Notes under the pieces: model-generated
Databases searched by the model: none
The model's input: only the letters and a program-made list of their open reading frames with translations
Told to the model about the DNA's origin: nothing
Part shown: in pieces, positions 12,861 through 24,775 of the stretch
Position numbering within the stretch: position 1 is the first letter of the stretch
Layout of the letters: the number at the start of each line of letters is the position of its first letter
Translations under genes and position numbers: made by a program
DNA from: Macrostomum lignano
Taxonomy: Eukaryota
Assembly: GCA_002269645.1 (NCBI GenBank)
Contig: NIVC01000045.1
Coordinates: 1-64,000, forward strand
Direction: 5' to 3'
DNA length: 64,000 bases

Positions 12861-13489
12861 TAACATACGTCGGAGGAACGACGGTGTAACGTAAAAGTAC
12901 AACCAGGTTGATAAAAGTCCAATCGATGAGATAGCTCGTAATTACTAGCTATTCTCTCTTAGGCCACAAGGCAAGCTGTAAAAGGCTCTCTTTTATTTTA
13001 ACCAAGCATCCTGGCCACAGAAATTTCTGATAATCGGTGCTGAATTTTAATAGACTTATCCAATTTATTGACTTTTATTGTCTATCACCCAGTCAAGGAC
13101 CACTAGAAGATTATACCTTACTTTAGTAGACCTGGGGCCGATCGCAGCTCTATAGCAGTAGCTTCTGCTGGATTCTCTACCTGAAAAAGTTTTGTACTGA
13201 AAAAATGAAAACCTCCTAAAATTTTCCTAGAAACATAGTTTCCTGTCCTTCTACTTAAGTAGTCCTTGAGTAAAAACATTGAACGCCCTCGTGGTTATTT
13301 GAAACTCAAAAAAGCCTCGGCTACCACGTCAAATTCACGAATAAAGAAATTGTAAAACAGATTCTGTACCTACTTTACTAACACGCAGTTTCATTTGGAT
13401 CTTCCTGACCGATGTTTAACATTGCTGATGTTATGTACACAAATGAGTGATTTTTCACCTGCCAATGCCAGGCAGCGGACTCAAGGGAG

Positions 13490-14470
13490 ATGCCGCGGGA
13501 GATGTCCGTGCTGGGCCCAGAGCTCCGCTGACCTCAGCTCAGGTGGCCGGCATCACCGTGTAGGACAAGTGAGGTCGCTGGAACGTGCTCGCCCTCAGCC
13601 TATGTACTCTGCTAATTCGCGCTGAATTTTTTTGGCACCTTGGCCGTCTTGTTATAGTGGGCTCAACATCGGCGGTGCAGCCTCCTTCTCCCCCCTGCTG
13701 TCTCAGTACCTGCCGCAGCGGCACCGCGACAAGGCGCTCATCCTCTTAAACCTCTTCTTGGGTTTTGGATCCACCTTTGAGATCCTGCTGGCTTTACCTG
13801 GTGCTGCCTACTTTAGGCTGGAGATACTTGTTGGCCTTTTCTTCACTGCCACTTAGGGTTAGCGATTTTTCTCAAACAATTTCTTTTTAAGTTAGGTATT
13901 AAGAGCCATATAGATTGTATGAACTACTTTGGTCTGCCCTGGATGGATATAAAATTAAGCTTTTATGCTGCTTGTTCTATAGCTGCTAGTTATATTGCTA
14001 CTGAATAAGGAGTTTTTCATTTTGACTCCTTGAAACCAACGTTTTTTATCCTGTGCTGATTACAATAACGCCAAGCTTTTGAAACTTTTCAGTGCAGCAT
14101 TATTGCTAGCTTCTGGACAGGCAAATGAGGCAGTTAGGAGACAAAATAACAAAAGAGAAATGGCCGACCGTTAATGAAGGGACGGCCGCCAGGTATCTCT
14201 GAGGTGAGTTCCCTGTTGCACCTGTCCTACCACCGAACAACGCTAATCCTCCTCTGCCTGAGGTTCGGCATTGCCTTCGCCTACTACGACATCGTGCTTG
14301 TCAGCTCGGAGATGTCACAACTGCGTCAGCACTGCGACCAAGATCCAGGATTGCTGCCAGGGTTGGAGAGCGTTGAGCGGAATATTACAAAGCTATGACG
14401 TTGGACTCTGACGATCAAACTACCTGCTCATGGGGGATGTTCTTCGGCCTGATCTGCCTCTTCTTAGCCT
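13490..14470 (+). pseudogene. SVOP/SV2-like MFS transporter pseudogene
   Basis: Fragments in SVOP order: EMSVLGPELR* (TM1 end), SAQVAGITV, GLNIGGAASFSPLLSQYLPQRHRDKALILLNLFLGFGSTFEILLAL (TM4-5), LLHLSYHRTTLILLCLRFGIAFAYYDIVLVSSE (TM7). Broken by stops and frameshifts. Confidence 0.6.
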
Positions 14471-14819
14471 GGTCTAACGATTTAATATAATTGACCTAAA
14501 TGGATGTCAAATTGCATTTAGTTGGAGAGGACCCTCGACCGGACCTAATCAAAAACCATTTTATGCCTATTCCCTTTGTTCTGGTTCCGTTTAAAAATAC
14601 ATGTTTTGTTGCGATGCTTGTGACATGCCCTGAAGATGACGGTTTACGTCGAAACAGGCTCGCTTTAAGCATAGTTGTTTTGGTATTCCTTTTTATATTG
14701 TAAGATTTTAAGTAGAGCAAGTTTCAATTAAAAAGGTAGGACCATAACTACGTACATAGTATCATTTTAAATTACATTTTTAACTTTTCCCATTCCAGTT
14801 AAGCTGATCAAGTTGCATC

Positions 14820-17050
14820 ATGTCTGAACCAGTAAATGAACCTGCAGACTGTGCCAATCCACCTGAAGCTTTTAATGAGCCAAAAGATGCATTGGCCAAT
14901 GTTGAGCCCAAAGTAGAGTGCTCATACTCTGTATCTATCAATCCACCCACTGGAGGACTTTTGAGAGTCTTCAAAACTGTCAGCCTGTTTGCCAACTTAT
15001 TTTTTCTTTTGGTAAGTTCCATGCTTGAAAGAAATTAAAGCTTCTTTCACGAGGCTACCGTCATCTAAATATAGCCCAGAAACAGCGAAGCAGAAATAAC
15101 AAAGCAATCACTGCATTGTTCTCGAGTCGCTATATTCAAAACTAAAACGTTTTAACCAAATTATCAGCCTGCCTGCAAGCAAACCAACGCCGCCCTGGTC
15201 GATTTGGCCAGCTTGTACTCCGTATCCTTGGCCGCTATCAGCGTCTACCAGCCTGTCAACTGCATCTCCTACATTTCTGGCACATGGATTGGCAGTCTCG
15301 TCTACTCTCGAGTGAATTCTTTCGGCTTGCTGACTGCATTTTCTGCCCTATTAATGGCTGGCCTCGCCATGTGCAGCTTCATGCCGAACGTGCTGCTCTT
15401 CTTTGGTGCGTCCGGTCTCGGGGCTGTCGCTGAAGGCGCAATCGACACGAGTTAGTGCTGGATTACTTTGTTGGAAACTGTGTAGCCAAGAAGTTCTTAT
15501 TATTTGGAGACTTTTTATTTAGCATGGGGGTCTCCTAATTACAAAAATTATAATCTCAGAGATTTTATTAGCCCGTCAAATTGGCAGTCTAAGTGAATTT
15601 CTGGTACAGCATTCCCATGTGGGCGAGGTTGGCCGATGTTTTCGGCGTCTATCGACGTCACTAACAGATATGTAAACTGTACTTTTATGTCTGTGCAAAA
15701 CTGAAGTTCCAACTTCGGACTTCTGACAAATTCCAACTTCTGACAACTTCAGGACCGATTTCTGAGTTCTTAGTACTTTTTGTTCACTAGTCTTAACCGC
15801 CGAGCCAAAACCTCACATGTCGACACGCACTTTCGAAGTTCTTTTTTAACAAGGATGTTCGTAAATCAAGAGTCAGTGTCCCTATTCTGTTCTCCACCTT
15901 TTTAGTTGCCAATTCGCACTTCTTGGCTATGTGGGAGGGTCACCGAATTCGCGACTCAATGCTGCAGGGCCTGCACGCCGCCTGGTCCGCTGGTGTCATG
16001 GGACTTGGCGCTGCGCTCAAGTCTTTCCTGGATCCGAACCTCACATCAATAAAAGCCAACGCGTCGCAGCTGGCATCAGATGACGCCCAGCTGCCGCCTT
16101 ATTCTGGGCGCGTTCAGTTTGCCTACATCCTGTTCGCTAGCCTGGGTGTGATCCCGCTCTGCTCTCATATTGGCCTCCTAGTCTGGGATCGATGCGGCCC
16201 CACAACGAGGCCCAGGCGGCGGTCCGCAGACGTCCTGGCATCCGAGGATGGCAAGAGCGGCGGCCGCACCAAACGTCTGCTTGCCGGTAGACCAGCGCTA
16301 ATCATGGTTGCGTTCGCTGTGTCGATGCGAGTCTTTGACGCGTCCGCCTTTGTCTGCTCGTTCCTGTCCTCATACCTGTTCTATGGCCTGGACTGGTCCA
16401 CGCCGGATGCTTCTGCAGCATTTTCTGTCTTCTTCGCTGGCCAGTTTATTGGCCGTCTGCTCAGCGTTATTGTGTCCGTGTTTGTCAGGCCACTGCACAT
16501 TCTGCTGGCTAACGGCTGTCTAATTGTGCTGGCTGGCATTGTGCTGGGGCTGTTCGGCCGGACTTATGGAGTAAGCTGGGGATTCTGTCTGGTTGTTGTA
16601 TCTATGCCGCGCAAAGTCAGTGGATGACTAGAAATTCAATCGCTAGTGAGAATTTTTGACTGACTACTATCCTTTCATTGGTCTCCAACCATTTCCTACA
16701 ACCCACCGCAGATTCCGTACATAACTTCCTTTGCAATGGGCGTCGGAAGTTCGAGCAGCTTACCCTGTGCGTTTCTGTGGCTGTCCGAGTTCCTGCCCAT
16801 CAGTGGCCCTGTGTCGGCCTCGCTATTTCTAAGCGATATAGTGTCGCTGCTGTCTCCGGCTTTTGGTTACGTCATTGAAACCAAATGGCCAGCGTTTTTT
16901 GTTTGCTTCATCGGTGGGTCCGGTGCACTCAGCCTCTGCTCTCTGGCTGTGGGCCACTGGGTTGGGCTGCGGCTGCTGGCTGCGGCATCCGAGGCTGACT
17001 CCGAGGAGCAGAGAGAGCTGGATGACGCGACTCTTGCTATCCAGGCTTAG
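14820..17050 (+). CDS. MFSD4/NaGLT1-like (FucP-family) major facilitator transporter, 492 aa
   Basis: Four phase-consistent exons: 14820-15011, 15168-15450, 15906-16570, 16712-17050 (1479 nt). Motifs ALVDLA, ISYISGTWIGS, GAIDTIANSHFLAMW, MLQGLHAAWSAG, FFAGQFIGRLL; many hydrophobic segments. Confidence 0.8.
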
Positions 17051-17234
17051 AAGAATTGCTTTGAATGTCTTGCTTTGCTTGCTTTTGCAAAACTGATTTG
17101 AGCTGCACTGAGTTTAATAGTAGCATAACTTTGGTTGTATCTTTGTTGCTTAACAAAGGCCGTTTTTTAAGTATGCAGATTTGAAATTTTTGATGTGCTG
17201 ATGTTCTGATTTTCCAGATTTGTCGAATTTCCTG

Positions 17235-17450
17235 ATTTGCCAAATTATTTGATTTGACGAATTACTTGATTTGCCGAATTACCTGATTTGCCGAATTACC
17301 TAATTTACCGAATTACCTGATTTGCCAAAATTACCTAATTTGCCAAATTACCTGATTTGACGAATTACCTAATGTACCGAATTACCTGATTTACCGAATT
17401 ACCTGATTTGACGAATTACCTGATTTGACGAATTACCTTATTTGTCAAAT
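17235..17450. repeat. 17-bp tandem repeat (gaattacctgatttg(a/c)c)
   Basis: Read directly. Confidence 0.9.
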
Positions 17451-19048
17451 CCACACTTGCTGATATAATAATTGGCCGGAACTCCTGATTCACCAGAAAG
17501 AAATAAATTTCCTACCAGATTTTTATTAAACTATTTGCTATGTTCAGATAAATTATTTTCGTTCTTTGCCGTAAATTTATTGTACTCGTAGTGTAGAAAA
17601 TCAAACACATTTTTAAATACGCAAAGCACGCAAAAAATCGCAAAGAAAAGAAGATAAAGGAGTATCGCCGTCGAAAGACAACTACGAGCGCTAGTACGCG
17701 CTAAACTGAAAACAGATAAGCAAAACAGTGAAACAAACAACAAAAATAAGAAATGGAAGCAAAAAATGCGGATATACTTAGAAAAAGGCAGAAAAAATCG
17801 CCATACATGTACCTATCAAGGACCACCGTATATAGCTACAGTACATGGTACAGTGTGCTGTGTACAGTGGTCCTTGGTATCTATTTAGCAAATAGTTAAT
17901 TGTAAGCTAAAGCATTATTAATTGGTTAAAATTTGCAACCTTTTTATTGAAAAAAACAAAAATCAGCTAAAAGTAGAGCATTTAAACTTCATACTGAATT
18001 TCACTGTCAATAAATTTTGAAAATTTTAAGCCAGCTGCACTTAAAATCCACTGCTACATGCAGAAACTCCCCGTTGGCTCTCTCTCTCTCTCTCTCTCTC
18101 TCATTCCTCACGGAGCTGACAAAGATGGTTGCTAAATGTAGTCTTCTTGGCTTTGCGCTCGACATGGCTGCTGCGGCATCGCAGGCACCACTTTACCAAG
18201 GACCACTAGGAACACTTGGTTGTAGTCTGGTAGTCCTCGCCTTTTACATGGAGTATTTTTAAAACAGAAGTTGACACGTTGAGTCGACCAGTTGGACAAA
18301 GTATATCAACCCGGGAAAAAACCGAACACGGACACGAGAGTAGCTGGTTGCCCAGAAAATCTCAAAAACGAAAAGCAGCACCTGCACTGTAGCATGCGCA
18401 GGCAGGCAGTTCGGGCACCCAGTTTGCACTCCGTGACCCCCCACCCAGCCTATCCGCTTCCCCTTGCTCGAGCACTCAATGAACCGGAAATCTGAGTTCA
18501 GCCAGACAATAAATATACGGGCACAGCCACCTTCTATTTCTCCACCTTTTTGAGTGGCTAACTAACACTCGCAGTAACCAGCTAGAGTTGCTCGCTACAT
18601 GCACCAGCTACGGACGGTACGACTCGGGTGATTCGGCTGGTCTCCGACGGTGCAACAGGCATGGAGGTAAAGTGCCACATTGAATTGGCAACTTCCTCGT
18701 CGCTGCTCTTAACGACGGTCTGCAGCAGGCCACTGTGCGCCGCGTCAACTTTCTGTTCTAGTGAATCCGTCAGCATCGAGGTCTGTGTATTTTCAGTCCG
18801 GATCGTCTCGAACACCGCCTGGAAAAACGCCACCCGCTGGCGGTCAGGTGGGCTGCAGGACAACCTCCGATTAAAAGAGAACTCAGGCAAGACCGCAGCG
18901 ATGTTGCAGATCCTCATGGACGTCGAGAACCAGACCGCCGAGGCAGAGTTCCATAGCATGCTGGCGTTAGCCAGCACGCATACTCAATACGCAGAGCTGT
19001 CATTAGTGCACTTACTTTTATCCAACCAGATCGTTTCTAGAAAACCGG

Positions 19049-19056
19049 TATAAAAG
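19049..19056 (+). promoter_or_regulatory. TATA box of WSC gene 1
   Basis: TATAAAAG about 100 bp before the ATG, inside a block conserved with the gene 2 promoter (ccaacca(g/c)atcgtttcta..aaaacc..tataaaagca). Confidence 0.65.
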
Positions 19057-19150
19057 CAAACAAGGAGAGCTGCAGCATTCATCGCTCTATTACGATCTAC
19101 ACTGGTGTGAGCTACAGCAGAATTGAAATCACATCTATACTCAAGTAACT

Positions 19151-19849
19151 ATGCTCAAGACTATCGTTTGTATTGTAGGCCTCGCCTCGCTCGTGCTTTG
19201 CGCTGCCGGTAGAGTAAGTCAGGTGTCCTACATTGGCTGCTATCTGGACAACGAGGCTAGAGATCTAAAAGGACTCACTGGAGTGAGCAAGATTGGTCAG
19301 TTCAGCATCGGCAGCCTCATGCTGAGCAGTGCCAGCATGACACACGAGCTCTGCAGCCGCGTCTGCTCTCTGGGCGGCTTCCCGTACTTCGGTGTGCAGG
19401 TCGGTCTGCAGTGCTTCTGCGGCACCTCCTACGGATCTCTGGGAGCTGCCAACGCAAGCGACTGCAACAGCGTCTGCTCTGGGAACGGAGCTTCTAAATG
19501 CGGAGGCGAGTGGCGCATTTCTGTTTTCGCTTTGACTTACCCCTGTGAGTTTTTGAGTCTGTCTTTATTACATTTTTTACCAATTTCGTAAAACGAGCAT
19601 TCAATGTTTGTAGATAAAAAGTATTTTGAGCAGACGCAGATGCCCAACCAGACGGTTGAGTCCACCCAGAGCACCTACTGGACCAGCGCTGACAAAACCA
19701 AGGCCGAGTGCTTGATGATGTGCGAGGCCTCAGCTGACTGTCAGGCTGTGATTTTCTCAGGCCAGCAGCGCCTGTGCCACCTGCTGAGGTTCGCCTACCC
19801 GCCTGCCAGCCTCAGCAGTACCGATGGAGACTACTTTGTTCGCGGCTGA
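19151..19849 (+). CDS. Secreted WSC-domain + PAN/Apple-like protein, paralog 1 (about 209 aa)
   Basis: Exons 19151-19544 and 19614-19849. Signal peptide MLKTIVCIVGLASLVLCA; WSC motifs YIGCY.D, MTHELC..C...GFPYFGVQ...QCFCG, C...CSGN....CGG; C-terminal CLMMCEASADC..VIFSGQQRLCHLL. Confidence 0.85.
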
Positions 19850-21524
19850 CTGCTTTCTATCCAGGCAGCCTATTGGCAAAAAAACCAAATCACTTTGCTA
19901 ATTGTTCAATTGCTTAGTTTTTTTTTAATATTAAGCCTCTGTTTTGGAAATTAATGTATTTTTTTTTACTCGTAGAAGCCAAAAATCGACTATTTTGTCA
20001 TTTTTCAAAACATTTCACTTGTGCGTGCTGCTACAAGAGACTTAAACACCTGTAGTTCGAGTGTACTCCATAAAGTTATAGCAAACTACTCCATAAATAA
20101 ACTACAGTAGTAACAAAGGGTTGAAAGCTATGTAGTTTCGTTAAATTCTAGTGTTTTCTTACAGTTACAATCAAATTGACAAGCTGCTTTTTAACAATTT
20201 TTAGCCTACTATATATATTTTTGGGGGCAGATTTTTTATCTTTTTGCGTCAGATTTGGCTTTTTCTTCATTCAAATTTGTTTGTTTCCGTCAGCAGTCTG
20301 ACATAACAGCGTGGTTTGGAGGACAGAGAGTATCGTGTATGCATACGTGATGGCTGGTTTGGAAGTTTATAAAAATAAACAAATTTGTTTTAAAAATCGA
20401 ATTGTCTGGTGATTCTGCAGTTCTTAGTATATGTATATGCACACCAAATGGACTCAGTAAAAATCAAATTAGGAAGAAATAAGTTGTATTTTGGGTGGCC
20501 AACAATTCCTCACTACAAGCGAATTCAGAGTTTCTTATAGTACTTCAAAAGCTCCGGAGTCAACATGCTTAAAGCCTCCATGAGGAGTCAGACAAATGAA
20601 ATTTTATCTCTCCCCTATGGCAGTCGAAAAGCATGACAAACGAGACCACGACAATTTTATACAGAAAATATTTTTAATGATGTCGCCAGTTTACATGCAT
20701 CTTTCAGTTTATCTGTCTGGGATGTCTACAAACCCTTAGCCAGACAGTTCATGCATAATAAATAATAAATATTCTCCTAGGATAGGGCAGGGATCATTTG
20801 ACGTTAGCTAAATTGCATTTCAGTTAGGCTAGTTTACTAAAGTTATATTTGACAGATACATGTAGACTGCTGCAATCTATTTTCAGAGCTTTTTAATGGG
20901 CTTATGCCCTTAGGAGTCATCTTCGTTGAAACTTGTTAGTATATGGCTGTGACTCAGACGTATATACGGTGCAGAAAAATTACAGAAGAATTCACGCTAT
21001 TTATTAGCACTTCTGCAGGCAATGATACTGAAAAATCTACGAATAGACACTTAACCACCTAATGCGCTCTGCATTAAATTTATTAGTTTTTAGGTCCTTT
21101 CTTGTCTGGTATAGAATTCTTTTTTTCGGTATGAATTTCAACCAATGCAGGTCTAGCGGTAATATCATAGGCACACCGCGGACCCCTTAAATGCTATACA
21201 ATAGAGTCCTGACTCTAATCAACGACCTCAGACTCAAGTAAGTCGGAGCCGCCATTTCAAAGTCCAAAGAAATCGTATCGCAACGTCACTGAATGTTCAA
21301 CTCTGTGACTTAACGCGCAGCTCCAAGCTGATTCAGATTCGAGAATAACAGGCGGAGCAGAGTTGGGGCGCGTCTTCACAACGGTTGCACATTCGCGAGA
21401 TTTTTTTGAGTTGAGGACCCACCCCTTGATAGAGTGTGAACCAAAAGCGCTTTTATGTACCTAACTCGTAACTATAGTTACTAGGGAAAAATCCGTTCTG
21501 TCCTTGCAGGGGTGGCGGAGGAAG

Positions 21525-21932
21525 CAGTGGCGTAGCCAGGAATTTCAATTGGGGGGGGGGGGCGGCGGGTTGGCCTGTCTGGCCATGCCTTATGCCATTG
21601 CCACTTTTGGCGCCGCAGGCACTCATTTTAGCACCGCAGGCACTCATTTTAGCGCCGCAGGCACTCATTTGCACTCATTTTAGCGCCACAGGCACTCATT
21701 TTAGCGCCGCAGGCACTCATTTTAGCGCCGCAGGCACTCATTTGCACTCATTTTAGCGCCACAGGCACTCATTTTAGCGCCGCAGGCACTCATTTTAGCG
21801 CCGCAGGCATTCATTTTGGCGCCGCAGGCACTCAATTGCCTCATGGTTTTTGGTACCCGCCGCGCCCAACCCCACCCCCCCCCCAGGCGATTGGGGGGGG
21901 CGGCCCAACCGGCCCCCCTGGCTATGCCACTG
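21525..21932. mobile_element. MITE with 16-bp TIRs and an internal 21-bp tandem array
   Basis: cagtggcgtagccagg ... cctggctatgccactg (1 mismatch); internal ttttagcgccgcaggcactca repeats at about 21600-21835. No clear TSD. Confidence 0.7.
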
Positions 21933-22646
21933 GGAAAGAGGATGTCAACGCATTGTTTGAGTTAAATACGGCTCTCGCCTTTCTCAGTCTCTTCCCCATC
22001 AACAGTATGTTCTTCTGCTCGTCTTCGGGGGTCCTCCAGCTTCGTCCATGTTGTCTTTCGTCCGGCTCTACATGTATTTCGCCCCGTTGGCGAAAATGAA
22101 ACTAAAATTTCATACGCGTATTAACTACTCTTCTACTGACGTAGAATTTCGACGTAGAATAGTAGTTTATGCGCGTATGCACGAAATATTGGACTCTAGC
22201 TATCTGAATAATATCTGGCTATCCGATTATCTACATGTACTTCGATCCCCTATGGTTTCTTTCAGGTTATGCTGGCTGGCTGAAATTAAATGCGAGGTGG
22301 GCTCAGGACGTTCTCATTGCTCATGCAATGTGGTTTTCAGAATACATGCTACATTCTTTTTACATGAGAAGTCAGACCAAAAGATGCCGGTGCATCGACT
22401 GTTTTACATTTGAACGCGGCACTGTTTTCAAATAGGAGTTGATTTCTTGTGTGCTTTGGTCAAAACACGAAAAAATAACTGTTTTGTCTTGTTGACATTC
22501 AAAGTCACTCAGGAAAGAAACCTCATCAACCAAGGAAAATCGAAATTACTCTTAATCGTTTGATAACCTACTATACGTGTAAGCAGTACATTGAGTTCAT
22601 TACTGCACTGGCTCATAGCCAACCACATCGTTTCTAAAAAAACCGC

Positions 22647-22654
22647 TATAAAAG
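22647..22654 (+). promoter_or_regulatory. TATA box of WSC gene 2
   Basis: TATAAAAG in the block conserved with the gene 1 promoter. Confidence 0.65.
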
Positions 22655-22722
22655 CATAACAAGGACAGTTTTGCACTCGTATGAGCAACAGTAGAACTGA
22701 ATTCCCATCTACTCAAGAAACT

Positions 22723-23445
22723 ATGCTCAAAACTATTGCCTGCATTGTGAGCCTCGCCTCGCTCGTGCTTTGCACTGCCAGTAGAGTAACTCAGGTGTCC
22801 TACATTGGCTGCTATCTGGACAACGAGGCTAGAGATCTAAGAGGACTCACTGGAGTGAGCAAGATTGGTCAGTTCAGCATCGGCAGCCTCATGCTGAGCA
22901 GTGCCAGCATGACTCACGAGCTCTGCGGCAGCTTCTGCTCTCTGGGCGGCTTCCCGTACTTCGGTGTGCAGTCCGATGAGCAGTGCTTCTGCGGCACCTC
23001 CTACGGATCTCTGGGAGCTGCTAACACAAGCGACTGCAACAGGGCCTGTACTGGGAACGGTGCTCAGATTTGCGGAGGGACGTGGTGCAACTCAGTGTTC
23101 GCCTTGACCTACCCTGGTGAGTGCATGAGCTTAGTCTGAGCAGTCATGATTTTTCTAGTAGAAGTAGAATTTTTGATCAATTCTACTTCAAGTTTCCTGA
23201 ACCTTTTAGATAAAAAATATTTTGAGCAGTCGCAGATGCCCAACCAGACGGTTGTGTCCACCCAAAGTACCTACTGGACCAGCGCTGACAAAACCAAGGC
23301 CGAGTGCTTGATGATGTGCGAGGCTTCAGCTGACTGTCAGGCTGTGATTTTCTCAGGCCAGCAGCGCCTGTGCCACCTGCTGAGGTTCGCCTACCCGCCT
23401 GCCAGCTTGAGCAGCACTGATGGAGACTACTTTCTTCGTGGCTGA
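22723..23445 (+). CDS. Secreted WSC-domain + PAN/Apple-like protein, paralog 2
   Basis: Exons 22723-23116 and 23210-23445; same structure and intron position as paralog 1, high identity. Confidence 0.85.
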
Positions 23446-24024
23446 GCTCCATGTTAGGCATTGAGCTCTGGATTAACTTAGCCCATGTGTGGCTTCTAGA
23501 GTAGACAAAAAAGTTTAGAAAGATTTTGAGAATTTTTTAGTAACTCATTATTATAAGTATAGCATCTCGCAATTGTTTGAGAGACAGCCATCATCTGGAA
23601 ATAAAGTGTGCGTGAAATGCGTAAGCCAGGCAGCTACCGCAAGCAATACTCCGGAAAGTCTGCCATCTTCTTAGTGCCATTGCAGTCTCTCGTAAAAACA
23701 TCGTAAAGTAAAAAAAAACTTCCCAGAATCCCGTTTGACATCCCTTCCTACTTCCATGGTTACATGGCACTTCTCTCAGAAGCATTTCTGCTTGCCCAAG
23801 CTTTGAAAAGCTGGAAGTGATGAATTATTAATCTGTGTGAGTTTCTGAACAAAGCGGAGCTGTAAAGCCTCACGCAGGCTTTGCTGTTGTATTAGCAACT
23901 GACTGGCCGGCCCTGTGCATTGAGGCAGCTTTTGACGGCTCAGTCCTGCTAATAAATGAACCCCAGGCGCACTCCTTGTTTTCTCGTTAAGTGTCGCGCA
24001 CTCTAGCAGCAGCAGCAGCGGTAA

Positions 24025-24063
24025 AAGTAGTAGAGGTAGTAGTAGTAGTAATAGTAGTAATAG

Positions 24064-24105
<42 letters not shown>

Positions 24106-24145
24106 TGGTAGTAGTAGTAGTAGTAGTACGTAGTAGTAGTAGTGT
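24025..24145. repeat. (GTA)n microsatellite
   Basis: Read directly. Confidence 0.95.
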
Positions 24146-24775
24146 TAGTGGTCGATCTGTCTGCCTGTTCTCATATTCGCTCGTAGTCTAAGACGCTGCA
24201 TGAGACATCTAATAAATACTTCAAGTATTATTCTAGATACTTTGTTTCTACGTTCAGCTCATATGACCCTGATTCTGTCTGGATTTAATCCAACAGTACT
24301 GCTTGCTGTTAAACCTAAAATATGATTATAATAATTACCAACCCATTCAGTGATAATCAGGCCGACTAATTCGAACGAGTTAGGTAAATAAAGAAGCACA
24401 CTGGTTTCTTTCTGACAATGAGTACCGGTATGTATATTTGGCATAGGATCAGCACATGGACAAATAAAGATTAGCAATCAAAGTTAATATCATGCATATT
24501 ATATGCCTTAAGCGCCCATATAGTTAACAACCAGTACCATTATCGTCGCGGGTCACAAAAACAACATGTGCAATTTGCAAACTTAAATCGTTTACAGCAA
24601 AACAAATGAAAAGTAAATACGGACAACACAACATAAATTTTATGATTATTATCAACTTAAAGCATGCAGTAAATATTAGCTACTAGAAGTGCATTAGTCT
24701 ATCTAGTTTAAGCAGCCTGAGTGTCTTTTCTTTGTATGGTCTGCACAATAAACTTTGCTGCTTCCAACTGATCAT

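Noticed and set aside
21469-21482. gtaactatagttac palindrome, loosely like the start of an I-CeuI site
   Set aside because: Only a 14-bp palindrome; the rest of the recognition site is absent.
23591-23990. Moderately GC-rich segment with short ORFs
   Set aside because: No recognisable motif in any frame.
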